DNA of 64,000 nt from PVC group bacterium (GTDB lineage: Bacteria > Verrucomicrobiota > Kiritimatiellia > CAIKKV01), in assembly GCA_945898015.1 (NCBI GenBank), contig CAMDGM010000006.1, positions 11,032 through 75,031 on the forward strand, read 5' to 3'. The position numbers and the translations under genes are program-made. The notes below the pieces were generated by a model. That model was not told where the DNA came from, ran no database searches, and saw nothing but the letters and a program-made list of their open reading frames with translations. Shown piece by piece: positions 18,053-27,625 of this stretch. Positions within the stretch are counted from its first letter, which is position 1; every line of letters begins with the position of its first letter.

Positions 18053-18847
18053 CTATTTTCCGCCCGAACTCTTTTTGACAAAGGGGCTGTTGGGATAGTC
18101 CGTTGCCAGTTTCTTCCTCAAGTCCACCGCGCGGGGATCCCGGAGCTCCTCGAGCAATCCGGCCGCCTTGTACAGCGCCTCGGGCTGAAGCGCCGCCTCT
18201 TTTTCATAGAGAATCACCGTGCGCAGATAATCCAGCAAGGCCTCGTTTTTCTGCCCCTGCGCCAGGTACATGTCGCCCCGTAAAATCTGGGCCATGGCGG
18301 CGGTTTCGCGCGACCCCATGGCGATGACATCGTCCAGATCTTTTTTGAGCAGCGGATACAACTCGGCGGCCTTCAACGCCTCCCAGTAATGACGGCGAAT
18401 GCCAAGCGTCACACGCTCGACGGGCACATTTTCCAGAATCTCCTTATAGGTGGAAACCGCCTTCTTGCCATCCTTCTTTCCCATGTAGGCCTGACCCAGC
18501 ACATCGCGCGCCACGTTGTCCCACTCCAGTCCCGTGTTTTCCGTGACCACGGTTTCCAGCGCGGCAATCGCGGCGTCATATTTGCCGGCGTCCACATTGG
18601 CAATCGCCGCGTCCAGGGCCGGAGGCCGGGGCACCACCGCATGGTCCACCAGTTTGGCCGCGACCGGCACGGTGGAGTCCGCGGTCGTCACGATATACTC
18701 CAGGGTGCTGGACTTGAACCGGACGGACTTGGCCTCCATGACCTGCCCGTTTTTCATAATGAGCTGATCCGCCCGGAGTTCCGCGGCCACCATCAAAAGC
18801 GCCGCCGCGAAGGTTAGCCGACAACCGGTTTCCATGCGTGTCTTCAT
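18053..18847 (-). CDS. secreted TPR-like repeat protein
   Basis: Signal-like N-terminus (LTFAAALLMVAAELRA), helical repeat composition (YDAAIAALE..., GDMYLAQGQKNEALLDYL), CGAGGA RBS. Confidence 0.5.
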   Translation of the reverse strand: MKTRMETGCRLTFAAALLMVAAELRADQLIMKNGQVMEAKSVRFKSSTLEYIVTTADSTVPVAAKLVDHAVVPRPPALDAAIANVDAGKYDAAIAALETVVTENTGLEWDNVARDVLGQAYMGKKDGKKAVSTYKEILENVPVERVTLGIRRHYWEALKAAELYPLLKKDLDDVIAMGSRETAAMAQILRGDMYLAQGQKNEALLDYLRTVILYEKEAALQPEALYKAAGLLEELRDPRAVDLRKKLATDYPNSPFVKKSSGGK

Positions 18848-18893
18848 AGTCGATTCCTCGTTATAATCCCTCGTGCCGGACGCCGCCCAGGGC

Positions 18894-20444
18894 TTATTCG
18901 GCGTCCGGGCGTCCAGGCGGGCGCCCGTGCTTGCGCTCTTCCCGCTTGGCCTGCTGCACCTTGCGGACCGCGCTTCTCGGAACCGCCAGGCGACCGTCCG
19001 AAAACTCGATCACATGCCCCTTGTCCACCAGCCAGCGCAGCTGCGTGAGCAGCTCGTGAGCCAGCGGGGAATCCGGGGCGGACCCGGGACGCAGCGTTTC
19101 CAGAAGCTTGGCCCGTTCCGTGCCGGGATTCGTCTCCAGCACCTGGAGGATCTCCTTGATCAGGGGAATCGCCGTCTCCGGATCCAGGGCCGACGGCACA
19201 ACAGCCGTCACAAAATTGCCGCCCGCCGCGGTCTTGAAGGTGTGCAAGCCCAAGTGGCGGAAAGCCAGCCGCAGGGTGATCGACAGCCTGAGCGGGAACC
19301 GGTTTTCCCGATGCCACGCATCCATCACAGCCCGGCGCAGACGCCGATCCTCCAGCTCACGCGAAACCGGACCGGCCATGGTGAAGGAGAAACCCTCCTT
19401 CACCACCTCGGCCGCACCATGCTCGGAAAAATGCTTCTCCACCTCCGAAAAGCTTTGCAACGGAGCAAGGTCCGGAGCGGCAACCACGCGGTAAACCGTC
19501 CGCTTTTTCATCTGCTCCTTCCACTGCTCCAGCAGCGCCGCATCATGCACATTCTCAATCCGGCGGCGATATTCATCCAGTGAAAGGTGGGAATACCGGG
19601 TCTGGTGCAACTCCATGACGCGATCGCTGAAGCTATGATAGTTAGGCGGGCCCAACAGCTCCCCGGAAAATCCGCAGCGGGCCACGGCCGTGAAGGCGCC
19701 CTGCGGAGGATCAACGACCAATTCCTCGCGTTTATAGAACGCCTCCAGATGCCGGGCCATGGCGTGGCTGACAGCCTGCGCCCGGTCCGCGAAAATCTGC
19801 TTGCACTCCCGGCATTGGAACAGGGTTGTTTTGACGGCCGGGGCGGCCGCCACCGGGGCCGGAGGCGGCGCCGCACCTTCTGGAGCCGGTCCCGGACCGG
19901 ATGAAACCGCCGGCTCCGAAATGGCGTTCAGCTTGAGCGTGAAATAATCCGGCTGGCTCAGGAAAAGCGAGGCCACGTCAAACAGCGAAAACGCCCGGCC
20001 CACCTTGGCGATGCGGCGGGCAATGGCAATCAGCCCCGCCCGCTCGGGAACAAACGTCACCTCCACCGGAAAGGGCGGCGGCAAGGCTTCTGTCCGGGGA
20101 CCCCGGGGCGCGCCGCCGCGATCCCAGTCGCCCGCCGGAGCCCGATCCCGCTCCGGCGCGGAAGCGCCGGGACCCGGCTCGGCCCGGGGGGGGCGCGGCA
20201 GGCTGGTGTCGCGATCGTTCCGATCCCGCCCCCCGCCGCTATCCCGGCGACGGGTCCGGTCCGTCCGATCCCGATCCCGGCCATCACGACGATCATCGTG
20301 CCGGCGGCTCGGCCGGGACGGCGATCCGTCATCCCGGATAAACTCGCCATAGGGGCTCGCCTCGGGGGGCTTTCGCGCCCAGGTGGGCACAAAATTCAAG
20401 TCGAGCAGCACGTCTATTTTATTATCGCCGGATTCCGGATTCAC
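18894..20444 (-). CDS. hypothetical protein with an Arg/Asp-rich disordered tract and a C2H2-like motif
   Basis: 516-aa ORF with a GTG start. Residues ~45-95 read RRHDDRRDGRDRDRTDRTRRRDSGGGRDRNDRD. FQCRECKQIFADRAQAVSHAMARH looks like a CxxC...HxxxxH zinc knuckle. The remainder is complex sequence. Confidence 0.55.
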   Translation of the reverse strand: MNPESGDNKIDVLLDLNFVPTWARKPPEASPYGEFIRDDGSPSRPSRRHDDRRDGRDRDRTDRTRRRDSGGGRDRNDRDTSLPRPPRAEPGPGASAPERDRAPAGDWDRGGAPRGPRTEALPPPFPVEVTFVPERAGLIAIARRIAKVGRAFSLFDVASLFLSQPDYFTLKLNAISEPAVSSGPGPAPEGAAPPPAPVAAAPAVKTTLFQCRECKQIFADRAQAVSHAMARHLEAFYKREELVVDPPQGAFTAVARCGFSGELLGPPNYHSFSDRVMELHQTRYSHLSLDEYRRRIENVHDAALLEQWKEQMKKRTVYRVVAAPDLAPLQSFSEVEKHFSEHGAAEVVKEGFSFTMAGPVSRELEDRRLRRAVMDAWHRENRFPLRLSITLRLAFRHLGLHTFKTAAGGNFVTAVVPSALDPETAIPLIKEILQVLETNPGTERAKLLETLRPGSAPDSPLAHELLTQLRWLVDKGHVIEFSDGRLAVPRSAVRKVQQAKREERKHGRPPGRPDAE

Positions 20445-20637
20445 AAAGCAGCCATCCCTTCTGTGTTCAAATATATCCTTTTATCATCTTCAAGAAAATA
20501 ATTCAATGCCGGATTCAAAATAAATCTGCATCGCTTGTCAATCCCCCGATAATTGACCCGTTACACGAAAAGGCTTTCCTTCCCGCCCGCGAAAGAGCAC
20601 TATGAACGCTCAACGAGTGAAAGCGACGTGAGGATCT

Positions 20638-21741
20638 ATGGGATTTGAAAGCGGAACAATGGGTTTCCGCCTGTTTTATCTGCCCCGCCCCCTGCCCGAT
20701 GACGCCGTCAAGCGGTTTGCCGCCCATGCGGCCTGCGGGCTTGACGCCATCCAGGCGGAGGAAAGCGCGGGCTGGGTGACCGGACGGCACTTGCTGGACA
20801 GGAATATCACGGAAGACTCGATCACCTACGCCGGATACCTGCGCATCACCTTGCGCCAGGGCCAGCGCAAGATTCCCACCTCCCTCCTGCAGGCCGAGTG
20901 CCGCATGGAGGAGCTCGCCGCCTGCGCCGCCGACGGCCACGCCTTCGTCAACCGCCGCAAACGCGCGGAAATCCGCGACGCGGTAACTGAACGGCTCCTG
21001 CCAAACATGCCCCCCCAGCTCAAGGGCATCCCCCTGGTGCACCAGCCCGGCGCCAACATCCTCTATGCCGGCGCCATGAACGACACACAATCCGACCTGC
21101 TCTGCGCGCGTTTCCTGCAAACCATGGGCTACCACCTCATCCCCGTCACCCCGGAGTCGGCCGCCCTCTCCCTCCGCAAGGTGGATGTGCAGGACCTGCT
21201 GCCCGTCAGCTTCTCCCCGGATGTCGACGACGGGCTCATGGAAGCCCAGCCGGGCCGCGACTTTCTCACCTGGCTCTGGTTCAAGGCCGAATCGGGACGG
21301 GGCAACGTGCCCCTGCCGGACATCGGCGAGCTCGGCGTCCTTCTGGAAGGGCCGCTCACCTTCATGCACGAAGGGGACGGCGCGCACGTGATCGTGCTCC
21401 GGAAAGGCGAGCCCATCGGCAGCGCCGAAGCCAAAACCTGCCTGCTGTCAGGCAAGAAGCTCAAACAGTCCCGGCTCACATTCGGCCTGGGCAACGAGCT
21501 GTGGAAGTGCATGTTCGACGCCGACGGCTTCGTCTGCCGCGGCCTCACGGTTCCCGAAGAAGAAGGGAGCCTCGACCCCATGAGCCGTTTCCAGGCCCGG
21601 ATCCGCCAGTTGGATCGCTTCCGGGATATGCTATTCGCGCTCTACGACCGCTTCCTGGAAGAGCGGACCGACAAAGCCGGGTGGCCCGGCGCCAAGAAAA
21701 AGATCCGGGAATGGGCCAAGGCCCGTTCGTCCCGGGTGTAA
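20638..21741 (+). CDS. rdgC: RdgC-like recombination-associated protein
   Basis: The overall pattern matches my recollection of RdgC: an N-terminal FRLFYLPRPLP...ESAGWV block, then RKIPTSLL, then RRKRAEIRDAVTERLLP. GAGGA lies upstream of ATG 20638. Confidence 0.5.
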   Translation: MGFESGTMGFRLFYLPRPLPDDAVKRFAAHAACGLDAIQAEESAGWVTGRHLLDRNITEDSITYAGYLRITLRQGQRKIPTSLLQAECRMEELAACAADGHAFVNRRKRAEIRDAVTERLLPNMPPQLKGIPLVHQPGANILYAGAMNDTQSDLLCARFLQTMGYHLIPVTPESAALSLRKVDVQDLLPVSFSPDVDDGLMEAQPGRDFLTWLWFKAESGRGNVPLPDIGELGVLLEGPLTFMHEGDGAHVIVLRKGEPIGSAEAKTCLLSGKKLKQSRLTFGLGNELWKCMFDADGFVCRGLTVPEEEGSLDPMSRFQARIRQLDRFRDMLFALYDRFLEERTDKAGWPGAKKKIREWAKARSSRV

Positions 21742-21752
21742 GCAAGGTTGAT

Positions 21753-23402
21753 ATGGTTACCAGACTGCTGAAGAAGATTGCCCGCAAAATGTTCGGTTTT
21801 GGAAAATCCAAGGCCCCCTCGAAAGAAGGACACCCCACTCCCGTCAAGCCGCATGCCGATGCCCCGAAGCCTCATGCCCAGCCCGCCACCCCCGACCGCG
21901 GCGAAGCCCCCCGCCCGCCCCGGCGGCCGGCACCCGAAGGCGACCGCGCCCGGTTCGAAGGCCGGCGCGACGACCGCCGCCCCGGCGGCCGGCCCGATGA
22001 CCGCCGGTCCGGCGGACGCCCCGACCGCGGCCCGCGCCGCGACTCCCGTGACAGCGGACCCGGCGATTCCCGCCCGCGACGCCCCGCCATGCTCGACGCC
22101 GCCGGCGGCCCGGCCCCCTCCCGCATCCAGGCCCCCGTCAAACCCGCCGAACCGGCCATCCCCTGGAATCCGGACGAGTTCCAGGTGGCCCCGCAGGAAG
22201 GCAAGGTCCGCTTCCACGACCTGGGCCTGCCGGATCCGATCATGCACGCGATCGCCGACCTGAAATTCGAATATTGCACGGCCATCCAGGGCAAATCGCT
22301 GCCCCTCTCCCTGGCCGGCAAGGACGTGGCCGGCCGCGCCCAGACCGGCACCGGCAAGACCGCCGCCTTCCTGCTCGCCATCCTGAACCAGTTCATCAAG
22401 AAGCCCACCGCCGCCGACCGACCCTTCGGCTCGCCCCGGGCGCTCATGCTGGCCCCCACCCGCGAACTCGTGGTGCAGATCGACAAGGACGCCGCCGCAC
22501 TGAGCAAATACTGCCCCATCAACACCCTGGCCGTCTACGGGGGCATGGAGTTCAAGTCCCAGCAGCGCAAGCTCTCCGAAGGGCATATCGACCTGATCGC
22601 CGCCACCCCGGGCCGGTTGCTCGACTTCTGCGGCCGCAGCGTCATCAACCTGCGGAACATCGAGATCCTCGTGATCGACGAGGCCGACCGGATGCTGGAC
22701 ATGGGCTTCATACCCGATATCCGCCGCATCCTCCGCCAGCTCCCCCCCCGCGACCAGCGCCAGACCATGCTCTTCAGCGCCACGCTGAGCGACGACGTGA
22801 TGCGCCTCGCCTCCCAGTGGATGCGCAACCCCGACATCGTGGAGATCGAGTCCGAACACGTCACCGTGGACTCCGTCAAGCAGATCGTCTACGCCGTCTC
22901 CTCCCGCGACAAGCTCCGCCTCCTGCTCAACCTCATGGAAAAGGAGAACATGGAGCGCGTCCTCATCTTCTCCAACCGCCGGGACGAGACGCGGGAGCTG
23001 ACCGAACGGCTCCATAAAAAAGGCGTCCAGTGCGAGCTCCTCTCCGGCGATGTGCCCCAGGAACGGCGAATGCGGGTGCTGGAAGCCTTCCGCGAAGGCA
23101 AGATCCGCGTGCTCGTGGCCACGGACGTGGCGGGCCGCGGCATTCACGTGGACGGCATCTCGCACGTGGTGAACTACAATCTCCCCTACGAGCCCGAGGA
23201 ATACGTCCACCGCATCGGCCGCACGGGCCGCGTCGGACAGGAGGGCACCGCCATCTCCTTCGCGTGCGAGGACGAATCGTTCGTCCTGCCCGAGATCGAA
23301 AAGTTCATCGGCCGCGAAATTCAGGTCGTCGTTCCCGACGCCGAGCTCCTCCCCCCGCTGCCGCCGCCCCGGGCGCATGAGCACCGGCCTCACGGAAGCT
23401 GA
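21753..23402 (+). CDS. DEAD-box ATP-dependent RNA helicase with an Arg-rich N-terminal extension
   Basis: Q-motif region, AQTGTGKT, VIDEADRMLDMGF, SAT, HRIGRTGR. Start moved to ATG 21753 because the ORF-track start at 21501 overlaps the rdgC-like gene in another frame. Confidence 0.9.
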   Translation: MVTRLLKKIARKMFGFGKSKAPSKEGHPTPVKPHADAPKPHAQPATPDRGEAPRPPRRPAPEGDRARFEGRRDDRRPGGRPDDRRSGGRPDRGPRRDSRDSGPGDSRPRRPAMLDAAGGPAPSRIQAPVKPAEPAIPWNPDEFQVAPQEGKVRFHDLGLPDPIMHAIADLKFEYCTAIQGKSLPLSLAGKDVAGRAQTGTGKTAAFLLAILNQFIKKPTAADRPFGSPRALMLAPTRELVVQIDKDAAALSKYCPINTLAVYGGMEFKSQQRKLSEGHIDLIAATPGRLLDFCGRSVINLRNIEILVIDEADRMLDMGFIPDIRRILRQLPPRDQRQTMLFSATLSDDVMRLASQWMRNPDIVEIESEHVTVDSVKQIVYAVSSRDKLRLLLNLMEKENMERVLIFSNRRDETRELTERLHKKGVQCELLSGDVPQERRMRVLEAFREGKIRVLVATDVAGRGIHVDGISHVVNYNLPYEPEEYVHRIGRTGRVGQEGTAISFACEDESFVLPEIEKFIGREIQVVVPDAELLPPLPPPRAHEHRPHGS

Positions 23403-23437
23403 GTCCTCCGGCCTTCTTGCACACCAAGAGAATAACC

Positions 23438-24229
23438 ATGCCCGCCGCGCAGACCGTAACCTATCGCCGGATCGGCGACACCGCCCTTCAGATGGACGTC
23501 TACACGCCCGAGGCAGGGGCGGGACTCCGGCCGGGCGTGCTCTTCATTCACGGCGGAGGCTGGAGCGGCGGCAATCGGAGCCAGTTCACCTGGCACGCCC
23601 AGGAGCTGGCCAAGGCCGGCTTCGTGACCGCCTCCGCCAGCTACCGCCTGGCGCCGGCCCATCCCTACCCCGCCGCCCTGGACGATTGCCAGGCGGCCAT
23701 GCGCTGGCTGCGCAAGCACGCGGAGGCGCTCCTCCTCGATCCGGCCCGACTCGGCGCCTTCGGCTCCTCCGCCGGCGGCCACCTGGTCGCCTGCCTCGGC
23801 GTGCGGGACACGCGCCTTGATGACGACCCCGCTTTGAGCGGCATTTCCAGCAAGGCGCAAGGCGTTGTCGATGTGCATGGGGTTCACGACTTCGCCGCCT
23901 TGAACGGCGCCCGGCTTCACCCCACGGCGGAGGCGTTTCTCGGGGGATCCCTGGCCGACAAGCCCGAGGCCTGGCGGGAGGCCTCGCCCCTCGCCTTCGT
24001 CGACGCCGACACCGCGCCCATGCTGCTGGTCCACGCGCCGGATGACCCCACCGTGCCCTATGCCCAGAGCACCCGGTTCGCCGACGCGCTGATGGCCGTC
24101 GCGCGCCCCTTCGAGTTCATGCCCACGCCGGGCTCCGGCCATGGCTTTGTTTACAGTCCGGAAAATCCATGGACGCTCCGCGTCTGGCCCCGCGCCGTGG
24201 CCTGGCTGTCCAGCTGGCTGAAACCCTGA
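23438..24229 (+). CDS. alpha/beta-hydrolase fold-3 esterase/lipase
   Basis: FIHGGGW oxyanion motif and the GSSAGGH nucleophile elbow. ATG 23438 preferred over the TTG at 23417. Confidence 0.75.
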   Translation: MPAAQTVTYRRIGDTALQMDVYTPEAGAGLRPGVLFIHGGGWSGGNRSQFTWHAQELAKAGFVTASASYRLAPAHPYPAALDDCQAAMRWLRKHAEALLLDPARLGAFGSSAGGHLVACLGVRDTRLDDDPALSGISSKAQGVVDVHGVHDFAALNGARLHPTAEAFLGGSLADKPEAWREASPLAFVDADTAPMLLVHAPDDPTVPYAQSTRFADALMAVARPFEFMPTPGSGHGFVYSPENPWTLRVWPRAVAWLSSWLKP

Positions 24230-24299
24230 CCGCCTCTTGACTTTAGCCGGAAACCGCACTGGCAACCGACACAACCGGCCACCACAAAAAGCCGGGGAA

Positions 24300-27200
24300 T
24301 CAACGGATATCAGCGTGATATTCCTGGAGGGACTTCACCCCGCCCTTGCCACTCGCCTGGGCCGCCTCAATGCCCTTGACCGCCGCCCGCGCCGCCGCCA
24401 GCGTGGTGATGTAGGGGACCTTGTACTTGATCGCAGTCTTGCGAATGTAGGAGTCGTCGGTCACGCTCTTCTTCCCCGCCGGCGTGTTGATGACAAGCTG
24501 GATCTCCTTGTTCATGATGCCGTCCGCAATGTTGGGCCGGCCCTCCATGAGCTTGTTGATCCGCTCGCACGCCACCCCGTGCTGGGCAAAAAAGGCGTGC
24601 GTCCCTTCGGTGGCCGTGATGCGGAAGCCCAGCTTCACAAACGCCTGGCCCACCTCCAGCGCCACCCCCGTCTTTTCCACCAGGCTCATCAGGACCGTGC
24701 CTTCGCGTGGCAACGCGGACGAGGCCGCCTCCTCCGCCTTGAAAAACGCGAGCCCGAAATTGTCCGCCATCCCCAGCACCTCGCCTGTGGAGCGCATCTC
24801 GGGACCCAGCACCGGATCCACCTCGTGATACTTGTCGAAGGGAAACACGGACTCCTTCACCCCGAAATGCTTGAAGACTTTCGCCTTCAGCTTCAATTCC
24901 GACAGCTTACGGCCCAGCATCAGCTCCGTGGCCGCGCGCGCCATGGACAGCCCGCACACCTTGGAGACCAGCGGCACCGTCCGTGACGCCCGCGGATTGG
25001 CCTCCAGCACGTACACCTGGTCCTTCTCAATGGCGTACTGCATGTTCATCAGCCCCACCACCTTGAGCTCCTGCGCGATGCGGCGCGTGTAGTCGGTGAT
25101 GGTCTTGAGATGCTTCGCGGGAATCGTGACCGGCGGAATCACGCAGGCCGAGTCGCCCGAGTGAATGCCGGCCAGCTCGATATGCTCCATCACGCTCGGC
25201 ACAAACACCTCGACGCCGTCGGACAAGGCATCCGCCTCGCACTCCAGCGCCTCCTGGAGGAACCGGTCAACCAGCAGGGGCTTGTCGGGCGTCACGCCCA
25301 CCGCCTTGCCCACGTACTCCCGCAGCATGGACTCGTCGTACACCACCTCCATGCCGCGCCCGCCGAGCACGAAGGACGGCCGCACCATGAGCGGATACCC
25401 GACCCGCTGCGCGATGACGACGGCCTCCTCGATCGTGGCGGCCATGCCGGACTCCGGCATCGGAATACCGAGCCGCTCCATCTTTTTGCGGAACAGGTCG
25501 CGATCTTCGGCAATGGTGATGGCCTCGATGCTGGTGCCGAGGATCTTCACGCCCGCCCGCTCCAGGTCCGCCGCAATGTTGAGGGGGGTTTGCCCGCCGA
25601 ACTGCACAATCACGCCCGCCGGCTTCTCCTTTTCATAGATGCTGAGCACATCCTCGACCGTCAGCGGCTCGAAGTAAAGCTTGTCGGAGGTGTCGTAGTC
25701 CGTGGACACCGTTTCGGGGTTGCAGTTGACCATGATGGTCTCGTACCCGAATTCGCGCATGGCCAGGGCGGCATGCACGCAGCAGTAGTCGAATTCGATG
25801 CCCTGCCCGATCCGGTTCGGCCCGCCGCCCAGGATCATGATCTTCTTGGGGTTCGCCGAGACGGGGGACGCCCCCGACTTCACGTAGCTCGAATAATAAT
25901 ACGCCGCGTTCTCCACGCCGCTGACCGGCACGGCATGCCAGCTCTCAACGCAGCCCAGCGCCTTGCGCTTTTCCCGGATGGCCGACTCCGGAACCCTCAG
26001 GATCGTGGCCAGATACTTGTCCGCAAAGCCGTCCTTCTTGGCCTGCACCAGGAGCTCGTCCGGCGGCAGCCCGCCCTTGTAGGCCAGCACGCGCTCCTCC
26101 AGCTCCACCAGCTCCTTCATCTGCTGAAGGAACCACGTCTTGATGTGGGTCAGGCGGAACAGCTCGCCGAGATCCGCGCCCTTGCGCAGGGCCTCGTACA
26201 GGATGAACTGGCGCTCGCTGGTGGGCTCCTGCAGCAAGGTCATCAGCTCGGGCAGCGATTTGCGGTTGAAGTCCTTCGCAAAGCCCAGGCCGTGCCGCCC
26301 GTTTTCGAGCGAGCGCATCGACTTCTGGAAGGACTCCTTGTAGGTCTTGCCGATGCTCATCACCTCGCCCACGGCGCGCATCTGCGTGCCCAGCTTGTCC
26401 TGCACGCCCTTGAACTTCTCGAAGGCCCAGCGGGAAAACTTGACGACCACATAGTCGCCCGACGGGGAATACTTCTCCAGCGTGCCGTCACGCCAGTAGG
26501 GAATATCGTCCAGCGTCAGCCCGCCGGCCAGCTTGGCCGACACCAGCGCGATGGGGAACCCGGTGGCCTTGGACGCGAGCGCCGAGGACCGCGACGTGCG
26601 CGGGTTGATCTCGATGATGACGATGCGGCCGGTCTTCGGGTCGTGCGCGAACTGGACGTTCGTGCCGCCGATCACGCCGATGGATTCCACGATCCGGAAC
26701 GCCTGCTCCTTCAGCTTGTCCTGCACCGCCTGCGAAATGGTCAGCATGGGCGCCGAGCAGAAGGAGTCGCCCGTATGCACCCCCATGGCGTCGATGTTCT
26801 CGATGAAGCACACCACGATCATCTGGTTCTTGGCGTCGCGCACGACCTCGACTTCCAGCTCCTCCCAGCCGAGCACGGACTCCTCCACCAGCACCTGGCC
26901 GATCAGGGAGGCGGCCAGGCCGCGGCTGCACACGACGCGCAACTCCTCGACGTTGTAGACGAGCCCGCCCCCGGTGCCGCCCATGGTGTAGGCGGGCCGG
27001 AGCACGACCGGATAGCCGAGCACGGCGGCGACCTTTTCGGCCTCTTCCACCGTATACGCCAGGTCGCTCTTCGGCATTTCAATGCCGAGCCCCTTCATGG
27101 TTTCCTTGAAAATGAGCCGGTCCTCGCCGCGCGCAATGGCGTCCAGGTTGACCCCGATCACCTTGACCCCGTATTTCTCCAGCACACCGGCCTTGTCCAG

Positions 27201-27503
27201 CTCGGAGGACAGGTTCAGCCCTATCTGCCCGCCCAGATTAGGCAGCAGGGCGTCGGGCCGCTCCTTCTCGATGATCTGGGTGATCCGCTCCACATTCAAC
27301 GGCTCGATGTACGTGGCGTCCGCCATGCCGGGGTCCGTCATGATGGTGGCCGGATTGGAATTGACCAGCACGATCTGGTACCCCATCCCGCGCAGGGCCT
27401 TACAGGCCTGGGTACCGGAATAATCGAATTCGCAGGCCTGTCCGATGACAATCGGTCCAGATCCAATGATCAGCACTTTGTGGATGTCGTTGCGTCGCGG
27501 CAT
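24300..27503 (-). CDS. carB: carbamoyl-phosphate synthase large subunit
   Basis: 1067 aa. Duplicated ATP-grasp halves and an MGS-like C-terminus. N-terminus MPRRNDIHKVLIIGSGPIVIGQACEFDYSGTQA. AAGGAG RBS. Confidence 0.95.
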   Translation of the reverse strand: MPRRNDIHKVLIIGSGPIVIGQACEFDYSGTQACKALRGMGYQIVLVNSNPATIMTDPGMADATYIEPLNVERITQIIEKERPDALLPNLGGQIGLNLSSELDKAGVLEKYGVKVIGVNLDAIARGEDRLIFKETMKGLGIEMPKSDLAYTVEEAEKVAAVLGYPVVLRPAYTMGGTGGGLVYNVEELRVVCSRGLAASLIGQVLVEESVLGWEELEVEVVRDAKNQMIVVCFIENIDAMGVHTGDSFCSAPMLTISQAVQDKLKEQAFRIVESIGVIGGTNVQFAHDPKTGRIVIIEINPRTSRSSALASKATGFPIALVSAKLAGGLTLDDIPYWRDGTLEKYSPSGDYVVVKFSRWAFEKFKGVQDKLGTQMRAVGEVMSIGKTYKESFQKSMRSLENGRHGLGFAKDFNRKSLPELMTLLQEPTSERQFILYEALRKGADLGELFRLTHIKTWFLQQMKELVELEERVLAYKGGLPPDELLVQAKKDGFADKYLATILRVPESAIREKRKALGCVESWHAVPVSGVENAAYYYSSYVKSGASPVSANPKKIMILGGGPNRIGQGIEFDYCCVHAALAMREFGYETIMVNCNPETVSTDYDTSDKLYFEPLTVEDVLSIYEKEKPAGVIVQFGGQTPLNIAADLERAGVKILGTSIEAITIAEDRDLFRKKMERLGIPMPESGMAATIEEAVVIAQRVGYPLMVRPSFVLGGRGMEVVYDESMLREYVGKAVGVTPDKPLLVDRFLQEALECEADALSDGVEVFVPSVMEHIELAGIHSGDSACVIPPVTIPAKHLKTITDYTRRIAQELKVVGLMNMQYAIEKDQVYVLEANPRASRTVPLVSKVCGLSMARAATELMLGRKLSELKLKAKVFKHFGVKESVFPFDKYHEVDPVLGPEMRSTGEVLGMADNFGLAFFKAEEAASSALPREGTVLMSLVEKTGVALEVGQAFVKLGFRITATEGTHAFFAQHGVACERINKLMEGRPNIADGIMNKEIQLVINTPAGKKSVTDDSYIRKTAIKYKVPYITTLAAARAAVKGIEAAQASGKGGVKSLQEYHADIR

Positions 27504-27625
27504 GGGAGGTCTCCTTGGGTTAGGCGGACCTTATAACGGAGGGGGGAGGGAAATCAAACCAAAACGACAATGATGAAGGATTCGCCATTTTTGTAGCGTT
27601 TTCGGGCGCCACGCCCGCGCTCGAA

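Noticed and set aside
21501-21752. Upstream extension of the DEAD-box helicase ORF
   Set aside because: It overlaps the rdgC-like gene in another frame and is Arg/Pro-rich. ATG 21753 follows the rdgC-like stop by 11 nt.
24230-24299. Possible bidirectional terminator between the convergent esterase and carB genes
   Set aside because: Only a 5-bp stem (CCGGC/GCCGG) with a 12-nt loop and no U-run on either strand.
25110-27536. 808-aa plus-strand ORF antisense to carB
   Set aside because: carB is unambiguous on the minus strand. The antisense product is Arg/His/Gly/Leu-rich with no motifs.
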